Below are positions 29,212 to 38,800 of a stretch of DNA of 64,000 nucleotides, one piece after another; position 1 is the first letter of the stretch, and each line of letters begins with the position of its first letter. The stretch spans positions 431,289 to 495,288 of the forward strand of contig CAVZWZ010000008.1 in assembly GCA_963779195.1 (NCBI GenBank), in the 5' to 3' direction. The stretch is from an uncultured Alphaproteobacteria bacterium. Lineage in GTDB: Bacteria > Pseudomonadota > Alphaproteobacteria > Sphingomonadales > Sphingomonadaceae. The position numbers and the translations under genes were made by a program. The notes under the pieces are model-generated. The model saw only the letters and a program-made list of their open reading frames with translations, did no database searches and was not told where the DNA came from.

Positions 29212-30141
29212 ATGAGCAAGGAAACCGCCATGCAGCACTTCGACACCATCCTTCAGATGATGGCAGCCATCCCCGATGAGCAAGCCGCAATTGACCATTT
29301 CACGGCGATCCGCTGGAAGAATGGCGCGTTCTGCCCGCACTGCAAATCCACCCGCGTCTATCACTTCTCTGACAACCGCACCCACAAGTGCGGCGATTGC
29401 CGCAAGCGCTTCTCGATCAAGGTTGGCACCATTTTCGAGGACAGCAAAATCCCGATGCGTTCATGGATGCTGGCGATCTGGCTGATTACGTCGCACAAGA
29501 AGGGCATCGCCAGCACCCAGCTCGCCAAGGACATCGGCGTCACCCAGAAGACGGCGTGGTTCATGACCCACCGGCTGCGCTATGCGATCAAGACGCAGTC
29601 GTTCAATCGCCCGCTGGATGGCATTGTAGAAGCCGACGAAATGTTCGTGGGCGGTAAGGAAAAGAACAAGCACGCGTGGCAGCGCACAGGCGGCAAGCAG
29701 GGCGGCAAGGGTAAGGTCGCCGTCCTTGGGATGCTGGAACGCGAAGGTGAGCTTCGCACTGGCACCACGCCAAATTTGAGCGCCAAGGCTGTTCAGACCG
29801 TCATCCGCGACAACGTGAAAACCGGCGCTGCGGTGATGACCGACGAGCATGGTGCGTTCCTCGGCCTGCAAGGCGACTACAATCACCACCGCGTGAACCA
29901 CACCGCTGGCGAATATGTCCGCCATTATGTCCTGCACACGAATGGCATTGAGAGTGTTTGGGCGCTGTTCAAACGCCAGATCGTCGGCACCCACCACTTC
30001 CTTTCGCCCAAGCATTTGAACGCTTACCTTGGCGAAATGACATGGCGCTTCAATCTGCGCGAAATGGGCGAAGGCGACCGTGTGAACGCCCTTCTCGCGC
30101 AGACCGCCGGAAGGCTGACCCACAAGGCGCTCAAGGCATGA
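29212..30141 (+). CDS. IS1595 family transposase
   Basis: Zn ribbon CPHC...CGDC, GTIFEDS, VEADEMFVGG, MTDEH, HTNGIESVW, YLGEMTWRFN. Confidence 0.97.
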   Translation: MSKETAMQHFDTILQMMAAIPDEQAAIDHFTAIRWKNGAFCPHCKSTRVYHFSDNRTHKCGDCRKRFSIKVGTIFEDSKIPMRSWMLAIWLITSHKKGIASTQLAKDIGVTQKTAWFMTHRLRYAIKTQSFNRPLDGIVEADEMFVGGKEKNKHAWQRTGGKQGGKGKVAVLGMLEREGELRTGTTPNLSAKAVQTVIRDNVKTGAAVMTDEHGAFLGLQGDYNHHRVNHTAGEYVRHYVLHTNGIESVWALFKRQIVGTHHFLSPKHLNAYLGEMTWRFNLREMGEGDRVNALLAQTAGRLTHKALKA

Positions 30142-30311
30142 CCGAGAAGCGAGAGAAGCCCTTGGGGCTGGATATGCCATTTGCGGAAGCGCTCGAACGA
30201 TTCATCGGGGTTGACCCTGCGGAGTTGCCCGAGAACGTGAAACTGAAACGAAAAAAGCCCCCGCCGAAGCGAGGGCCAGGTGTTGCTGGGAAGGCTAGCC
30301 CGAAGGTCTAG
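30138..30311 (+). CDS. small IS passenger protein coupled to the transposase
   Basis: ATGA overlap; MTEKREKPLGLDMPFAEALERFIGVDPAEL...basic tail (57 aa). Confidence 0.7.
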   Translation: MTEKREKPLGLDMPFAEALERFIGVDPAELPENVKLKRKKPPPKRGPGVAGKASPKV

Positions 30312-30389
30312 CTACTTGTGGCGGAAGTGTGCCCGGACGTGTTCGACGCGTCCGAAGCGGATGCGATAATAAGCCTGGATATAGACCAT
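30312..30389 (-). CDS. 25-aa Arg/His/aromatic-rich small protein
   Basis: GGAGGG RBS 4 nt before ATG; MVYIQAYYRIRFGRVEHVRAHFRHK*; stop abuts the stop of the convergent passenger gene. Confidence 0.55.
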   Translation of the reverse strand: MVYIQAYYRIRFGRVEHVRAHFRHK

Positions 30390-30506
30390 CTGGCCCTCCA
30401 TCGTATGATGTGGGTTGCATCCGGTGGCCGATGGTGCGACAAAGTGGTTGCACAGATCGGTCGCTTCGGCACCGGTTCGGAGGCCGCCCCAACGGGCGGC
30501 CTTTTG
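30334..30506 (+). ncRNA. candidate structured RNA inside the IS, antisense to the 25-aa ORF
   Basis: Stems at 30334-30354, 30358-30423 and 30421-30475; G-U wobbles in three helices fit the + strand only; ends in an intrinsic terminator. Confidence 0.45.
30481..30506 (+). terminator. intrinsic terminator
   Basis: AGGCCGCCC-CAAC-GGGCGGCCT followed by TTT and GTTTC. Confidence 0.75.
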
Positions 30507-30641
30507 CGTTTCTGGCTAGATCATGGTCCCATGTGACGCTCCATCGGTTGCCCGGCGTTCCGGGTTGATGGAGAGATTCTGGCATGATTCGCGGTGCTTG
30601 TCAGACAGGATTGGGGACTGGTTCACTCTGGTGGGGGAAAT

Positions 30642-31319
30642 TTAATCCCCGCCCAAATTTCCCCTATTTTCGTTAAGGAATTTGAATAAGTTAGATGCCA
30701 TTGGCTTGAGGGTGGAATCGCCGTAATTTTCCCCCAGCGTGTTCCCGATGTAATCCTCTAGAATTGTCTGCAATTCCGCCTGATTTTTCGGGTTTAGCGT
30801 GCCAGCTTGAATACGGCGGATCATCTCGATCCACAGGTGATCCCACCAGTCCTTGCGCTTTGCGCCCCGGCGTTGGTTCTGGCCGTTGTCAGGGACTGGC
30901 TGGGATGCTGGATTTTGCGAAGCTTTGGCGGGCAGCATCGCGTGGATACCTTCTGGATCGAAGCGGACGCTAAACAGGGACAGCATTAGCCTGTCGTCAC
31001 CATACCCTGTCGTCCCGCCACCGCTGATCGCAACATCGCCTGTTTTCCAAAAATCACGGTTATAGCCGGGCGCCCAATACTTGGCCAAAAACTCGTGCTT
31101 TAGGACTACATACTCCATGCGCTCACCTTCCGGTGTGACAACATGACGCGCCATTGTTTCAACTAGTCCGCTATGCATCCGTGCGCCGATGGCCTTCACG
31201 GTGGTATCCCATTGCCATCCTTGCTCAAGGAAAAGCGCGACCGCTTCCGGAGGCGGAATCCACCCGGTATACTTGGCCGCCAGTGCAGCTGTTATTTCGC
31301 TCGAATCGTCCCCTGCCAT
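30642..31319 (-). CDS. hypothetical IS passenger protein, possible C-terminal DNA-binding domain
   Basis: 225-aa lower-GC ORF starting just inside the right TIR; C-terminal RRGAKRKDWWDHLWIEMIRRI helical region. Confidence 0.7.
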   Translation of the reverse strand: MAGDDSSEITAALAAKYTGWIPPPEAVALFLEQGWQWDTTVKAIGARMHSGLVETMARHVVTPEGERMEYVVLKHEFLAKYWAPGYNRDFWKTGDVAISGGGTTGYGDDRLMLSLFSVRFDPEGIHAMLPAKASQNPASQPVPDNGQNQRRGAKRKDWWDHLWIEMIRRIQAGTLNPKNQAELQTILEDYIGNTLGENYGDSTLKPMASNLFKFLNENRGNLGGD

Positions 31320-31389
31320 CGCCCCATTCTGCCGAATTTCGGCAATGGGTCAAACTGGTATATAGGCCCCAAGATTAAGGGGGCTCCCA

Positions 31390-33198
31390 ATGCGAATAAA
31401 GGGATTTTCGGTCACAGATTTTCCGCCAATTCAAAGTTTTTCTGTAATAGGTGTATCCGATCTTATCGTAATCGCCGGACCAAATGGCGTCGGAAAGTCG
31501 CGATTGGCGACTGCCCTTTTACAGAGCTTCCGATCTCAAACACCTAATACGTCGATCCAAGTTGAAGCAACCAATGACTCTGAAAGAGAGATTTTTCAGA
31601 ACAGGACAATTTCAACTTCTATCGAAAATGATTTTCAGATACTGGCGTCGCTCCTCCAACAGAATAAGCGGCGGAGAAATTTCGCAAGCAGCGTATTGTA
31701 TTATGAGAGTTCTCGATCAATTCAAAAAGTTCAGCCTCTAACGTTCTCGTTTGAATATGCAGATCCTTGGGATGAAATGGTTTCATGGGACCAGACGATG
31801 CAAGGCCTTTCAGGCAGGTGGATGGACACACAGCACGCAATCTTCAAAAAAATTCATACCCAGCGGACATCCCTCGGTAATCGAGCCCAACAACTCAGAG
31901 CCGAAGGCAAGAGCTCGATGAATCTCGAGTTCGATGATCCACTGACAATGTTTAAAGAAGCTTTCCACAAGCTGCTGGCACCAAAAGCTCTTGTGAAGGC
32001 CGATTTGCAATCTCAGCATTTGATCTATGAGGAAAATGGTCAGGAGCTGAACATTGACAATCTCAGCAGTGGCGAGAAAGAAGTTGTTCGCATTTGCTTT
32101 GATTTCATTCTCAGATGGCCATCAGATTGCATCGTCGTTTTCGACGAACCCGAAATCCACCTGCACCCTGAATTGCTTATCCGAATGATCAACACCCTGC
32201 GATCTGTGGGATCGAGGAACCAGTTTGTGCTTCTGTCGCATTCTCCAGACCTGATTAGCACATCACTTGACGATACCGTCGTTTTCCTAACGCCACGCAA
32301 GCCTGACGGTTCAAATCAGGCTGTAGTGGTTGATTCGAGCAGCGAAACTTCAGCGGCCCTTCATGCACTGGGTCAATCCATCGGCGTTCTTTCGTTGGGA
32401 CGTAAGATCGTCATCGTTGAGGGAAATGACGCAAGCCTTGACAAGAAAACCTACGGCGAGTTGCTTCAAAATCAATTTCCGGACCTTGTTCTCGTTCCTG
32501 CAGGTGGTCGAGGTCGGATTGAAGGCTTTCAGGCAACAATTAGCCACCTTCTGGACAAGTCTGTTTGGGGGGTGTCGTTCTTTCTGTATACGGACCTCGA
32601 CGCCAGCGTCGGGCCCAGTTCAAAATCTGCCAGCGAAGCGAATGTGCGCCGGCTCAATCGATATCATCTTGAAAATTACTTTCTCGATTCGGCACTCCTA
32701 GCAAGTTGTTTCGTAGATATGGAACCGCCAGAAAGTTGGCTGCGAGACGGTTTGCAGATTTAAAAGAAACTGCTTGCGATAGCGAGGGCGCAGCTAGGCT
32801 ATGTGACAGCTCTTACGATAAGCAGGACTCTTCGGCAGCGCTTCGGCAATATCGATGTCATGCCAAGGGGCGCGCACAATATGTCACTTGATGACTTGAA
32901 GCTCCAAATTGGTCTTGCTCGACACGCTGAGTTTGATCGGTTTCAGGAATTGATGGATGAAGCGTTATTGATGGCCCTCATCGAGGAAACCTATCAGCGC
33001 TACGATTCCATGACGACTTCGGGCGGCTCAGAGTGGGTTTCACATTTTCCAGGAAAGCCTATTTTTTCCGCATTCTGCGGCCAAGCCAACATTTCGCCGG
33101 GGAGACTCAAATCCCTTTACATCAAGAAAGGCTTGGACACGAACCCGAGTCCCTTCGAGGATATCATCGCCAATTTCAAATATTTTGCTGAATTATAG
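31390..33198 (+). pseudogene. ABC-type ATPase fused to a TOPRIM/DUF4435-like nuclease (OLD/PARIS-like), in-frame TAA at 32761-32763
   Basis: GPNGVGKS, LSSGEKE, VFDEPEIHLHP, LSHS; IVEGNDASLD, TDLD, RYHLENYF; ORF 32803-33198 is in the same frame with no other stop in between. Confidence 0.8.
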
Positions 33199-33210
33199 CC
33201 GCGCTCACCT

Positions 33211-33239
33211 CCAATCATGCTCCCTGTCCCCAGCCCCAC
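33211..33239 (-). repeat. degenerate duplicate of the thiC 3' end
   Basis: Minus strand gtg ggg -ct ggg gac agg gag cat gat tgg (VG[A]GDREHD) versus thiC gtc ggc gca ggc ggg cgg gag cac gat tga (VGAGGREHD*). Confidence 0.55.
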
Positions 33240-33273
33240 GAATTTCGGTGCGAATTTCGGTGACAGTGCACCG
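33240..33273. repeat. short tandem repeat / REP-like unit GAATTTCGGTG x2 + ACAGTGCACCG
   Basis: GAATTTCGGTGCGAATTTCGGTGACAGTGCACCG; contains the hairpin CGGTG-ACAGTG-CACCG. Confidence 0.55.
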
Positions 33274-33286
33274 ATTGATAAATCAG

Positions 33287-33550
33287 CTACCTAGGCGGAC
33301 TCTCCGGCCCCCAGTCGTAATCCGGCTCATCCGCCATAAGCTCATCGAAGTTCGCGTCGAGCCAGCGGTTGTATTCCGCCTCTTCCTTGCAGGCATTGAT
33401 TGCGGCGATGCCGCGCTCGATCTGCGCCAGCACCTTTGGATCGCGCAAATCGGGCACCCAGACTTGCTTCAGCCGCAGCCCCTGCGCGCGCTTGGCCGCG
33501 CGGTAGCGGGCGGCGCGCTGCGCTCCGGTGAGGTTTTCATGCACGCCCAT
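33287..33550 (-). CDS. DUF3018 (MazE-like) antitoxin, orphan
   Basis: RAARYRAAKRAQGLRLKQVWVPDLRDP; no PemK/MazF ORF downstream. Confidence 0.85.
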   Translation of the reverse strand: MGVHENLTGAQRAARYRAAKRAQGLRLKQVWVPDLRDPKVLAQIERGIAAINACKEEAEYNRWLDANFDELMADEPDYDWGPESPPR

Positions 33551-33621
33551 TGGCCGCCTCCGTTACCTGTAACGTAAACTTGGCGAGGCCGATTGGCAAT
33601 GCGGGACGCATCGGTTCCGGA

Positions 33622-35660
<2,039 letters not shown>

Positions 35661-35699
35661 GTGGGTGATACGAGGTGGGGGATGGAGTGTCTAGTTGTG

Positions 35700-35747
35700 C
35701 TGGCCAACCACTCAATTTATGACAGGATCGACGCGCGCACCGTGACA
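35700..35747 (+). pseudogene. C-terminal remnant of a HigB toxin
   Basis: LANHSIYDRIDARTV resembles the HigB C-terminus (GTHAEYDxIDAxTV) and lies right before higA. Confidence 0.6.
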
Positions 35748-35765
35748 CTGCTTCAGGAGGCCGCT

Positions 35766-36128
35766 GTGAATATCAAACCGATCAAGACCGATGCCGATCA
35801 CGAAGCGGCCTTGCGCGAGATCGAGGCGCTGTGGGGTGCCGCCGAAGGCACACCCGAGGGCGACCGGCTCGACGTGCTGGCAACGCTGGTCGAGGCCTAT
35901 GAGGAAAAGCGCTGGCCGCTCGACGAGATGGACCCGGTTCAGGCCATCGAGGCGGCAATGGCCCACGACGGCCACACCCGCGCCGACCTCGCCGCGCTGA
36001 TCGGCAACAGCCGCGCCACCGAAGTGCTGCGCCGCAAACGCGCGCTGACCCTGCCGATGATCCGGCGGATTTCGCAGGCGTGGCATGTGCCGGAACGGCT
36101 ACTGGTGCGGGAATATGCGGTGGGGTGA
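35766..36128 (+). CDS. HigA-type HTH antitoxin
   Basis: CAGGAGG RBS; IKPIKTDADHEAALREIEALW...GDRLDVLATLVEAYE...SRATEVLRRKRALTLPMIR. Confidence 0.92.
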   Translation: MNIKPIKTDADHEAALREIEALWGAAEGTPEGDRLDVLATLVEAYEEKRWPLDEMDPVQAIEAAMAHDGHTRADLAALIGNSRATEVLRRKRALTLPMIRRISQAWHVPERLLVREYAVG

Positions 36129-36226
36129 GGGGGCTGTATCAGCAAGACATCACGGAATTACCGAGTTCCATGATGAAGTGAGAATGGAATGCGTAATCTG
36201 ACTTGATTGTATCGTTGAAATCGATG

Positions 36227-37024
36227 TTATTTTTTCCGTTGACTTGAAAGTTTTGATCTCGTAATTCTGAGAATCCTATCCTCACTATCATCGGTTAGCT
36301 CCCAACCAAATACCATCGCAGTGCGGCAAGTCCATACACTTGCCTTGCTCGGAAATCCATCGAGGCCGTCATCCGGCCATGATTTTTCGGAAACATCGCA
36401 AACCATCCGCCTTCGTGAAAGACATGTTCGGAGGCATGCAGAATCGCATCTGTCTCTCTCCTCCATTCGCCCAGAATTGTCCAATTATATCTTCATCCGA
36501 GCCGACTAAAGAAGAAAACCGCGTCGCAAAGTGCTTTCGTGCTTTGTTTCCTCTGACATTCTGATGCCAGAATCGATTCACCTCCTCAGGTGACCTTGCT
36601 GAGATGTAACTCGCGGCAAATTGAACATCCAAGCAGCAACATCCGGCCACATCGGTGCGTTCACGCACCGAGCGAAGGATATTTCGAGCCTGCATGTCAT
36701 ATCCGCGGCTGCATAATAGCTGGACAGATTGTAAATCTGTTCTCAGCAGAGCGAAGACGGTGAAAGCGGCGCGATATCTGTCATCTGCTTTTTCGTTTGT
36801 GGCCAAAACAAGCGTCAGGTGTGAAATGACTGTCATGGTGAAATCAGAGCAGTAGCTCAACGCAAGCAAATGTCGCCTAAGCGAAAGCGGTCGGACGGGA
36901 TCAATTCAAGATTGTAGCGTCTCTTTTCGATATCCTTCTGGGACGGTTGAAGCCCAGATCGCTGTAAGATTGCCAGCAGGTCATTTCCGGATTTCAACGG
37001 GATCGGAAGAGGATCAATTTGCAT
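36227..37024 (-). pseudogene. lower-GC fragmented hypothetical gene
   Basis: Three overlapping minus-strand ORF pieces (36857-37078, 36369-36869, 36227-36484); helical core SVQLLCSRGYDMQARNILRSVRE. Confidence 0.45.
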
Positions 37025-37053
37025 TGTGAATATGGCCGACTGTCGCATCTTCC

Positions 37054-37527
37054 CTACTCGAACGCCATCAGATCGCAATGCTTAGCGCCTTGCGAAGCCG
37101 AACGATTCGCAAGCCGAATTAGCACCACCTCCCCCCTCACCTCCGCCAGCAAGTCCGGGTGCCGATCCAGCACCCTGAACAGCTTGACCAGCGCCAGCGG
37201 CGGCTTGGTCTTGCCGTTCTCATAGCGCGAAAACGCATTGGCGCCGCCGCCGAATAGCTCGGCGGCTTCCTGCTGGTCGAGGCGCAGTTTCTTGCGCACT
37301 GCGCTGATAAACGCCGGATCGACCTTGGCGGCGTTCACCTGTTTGCCGAACGCCTTCATCTCCGCGCTGACCCTGCGCGAGGTCGGTGCATCGAACACAC
37401 CTTCGCCGCAGGCGGGGCACCAGTCGCCCGCAATGCCGGCAATCGCGGTGGTTTCGCCCTTGTAGATATAGGGCATGTCGCGCGTGTCGCGGATCAGTTC
37501 AGCCTCGCCGCAATTGGGACACTTCAT
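37054..37527 (-). CDS. mqsA: MqsA antitoxin (Zn finger + HTH) with an extended C-terminus
   Basis: MKCPNCG...CPACGE...RKKLRLDQQEAAELFGGGANAFSRYENG. Confidence 0.93.
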   Translation of the reverse strand: MKCPNCGEAELIRDTRDMPYIYKGETTAIAGIAGDWCPACGEGVFDAPTSRRVSAEMKAFGKQVNAAKVDPAFISAVRKKLRLDQQEAAELFGGGANAFSRYENGKTKPPLALVKLFRVLDRHPDLLAEVRGEVVLIRLANRSASQGAKHCDLMAFE

Positions 37528-37529
37528 CG

Positions 37530-37826
37530 TCATAGCTCCTTGAACGAAACGATCAGCACATCGTCGATAACCGTCAGTTTGAGATAGACGTCTCCCGCCG
37601 CTGTCCTCGGCTGGTAAACATCTTGCCACACGCGGTGATCGGCATGGGTGGTCATGCTCTTGTAGAAGTCACCCACGGTCAGCGCGCGGATGACATCGAG
37701 CATGTCATCGAACGCTAAATCCATCGCCGCCGCACCGCCAAGCGCTGTCATCGTCGCGCGGACTTGCCCCTGTTCGACCAGCGCATGAACGCGTGGCAAG
37801 GGGCAATGCGGCTTGCGTTTTTCCAT
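37530..37826 (-). CDS. mqsR: MqsR mRNA interferase toxin
   Basis: MEKRKPHCPL...DFYKSMTTHADHRVWQDVY...YLKLTVIDDVLIVSFKEL. Confidence 0.95.
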   Translation of the reverse strand: MEKRKPHCPLPRVHALVEQGQVRATMTALGGAAAMDLAFDDMLDVIRALTVGDFYKSMTTHADHRVWQDVYQPRTAAGDVYLKLTVIDDVLIVSFKEL

Positions 37827-37923
37827 TGCGGCATTGCCTAGCCGAATTTGCACAATTTGGCAAGTAGGTTAATTTGAGCCGCCCATTTGCCCCCAACGGG
37901 GACAGCCAATAGGGTGTCCCCGC

Positions 37924-38569
37924 ATGACCATGCTCTACCGCCTCGACGTCAGCGCCGCCGCAGATCGCGCAGACCTTTGCCGCACGCCAAGGCGACGATC
38001 CCTGGCAGCCCGCCCATATCGCCCCCGGCAGCTTCGCCCCCATCGTCACCTCTGGCCGCGAATTCATCGCCGGTCCGCGCCCGACCGACGAACCGCCCCG
38101 CCGCATCATCCCGCGCCAATGGGGCGTGCCCCCTCCCCCCGCCGCCGGAGACAGTGGCCGCGCGGTGCTGAGCGTGCGCAACCTCGAAAGCCCGTTCTGG
38201 ATTGGGAACTTGCGCAACAGCGAGTTCCGCTGCCTGGTGCCCGCGACCTCGTTCATGGAATGGGGCCCAAAATCACGAGAAGGGGGCCGCGACCGGGAAG
38301 GCAAGCGCCGCCAGTGCTGGTTCGCCTGTTCCGACCAGCCGGTTTTCGCCTTCGCCGGGGTGTGGATCGACAGCGAAGTTCCCAGCTTCGCGCTGCTCAC
38401 CTGCGAGGCCAATGCCGCGCTGCGTTCCGAAGGCCGCGAGACCATGCCCGCGATCCTGCCGCCCGATCCCAGGGCGCACGACATCTGGCTGCGCGGCGAC
38501 TGGGCGCGGGCGAGGGACTTGCTGGCGCCCTATTCCTCGTCGCTGATGCTGATGCGCGAGGCGCGCTGA
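37924..38569 (+). CDS. SOS response-associated peptidase (SRAP/HMCES) family protein, frameshifted in the 5' part
   Basis: QWGVPPP, RNLESPFW, RCLVPATSFMEW, FAFAGVW, FALLTCEAN, MPAIL. Confidence 0.85.
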
Positions 38570-38800
38570 ACGGGCCAATCCCCCCGCCATGGTTAACAGC
38601 CATGGTTAACCTGTTTTCCCTTGTTTTTCATACTATTCGCTGTGACCCTCAATTGCCACGGCTGGGCCGAATCCGCCCCTCCGCCGTTTGGTCCGACTCG
38701 CATTGAGGCATAGCCATATGGCCAACCCGCCGGGGAGACGGGCGGGATTCCCGAGGGTCGCGGCTCGCGAGGGGGCACCTCAAACCTAGGGAAGCCTATC

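Larger units (their letters stand above)
29160..31370 (+). mobile_element. complete IS1595-family element (2211 bp) with passenger genes
   Basis: Left end GGGACTTATATACATGCTTGACCCA (from 29160); right end reverse complement GGGGCCTATATACCAGTTTGACCCA (to 31370); 8-bp direct repeat AAGATTAA at 29152-29159 and 31371-31378. Confidence 0.93.

Noticed and set aside
30318-30585. ORFs 30318-30536 (+), 30329-30568 (+) and 30295-30585 (-) inside the IS
   Set aside because: No convincing RBS or protein features; the plus ORFs run through a terminator; the 25-aa ORF and RNA structure explain the region better.
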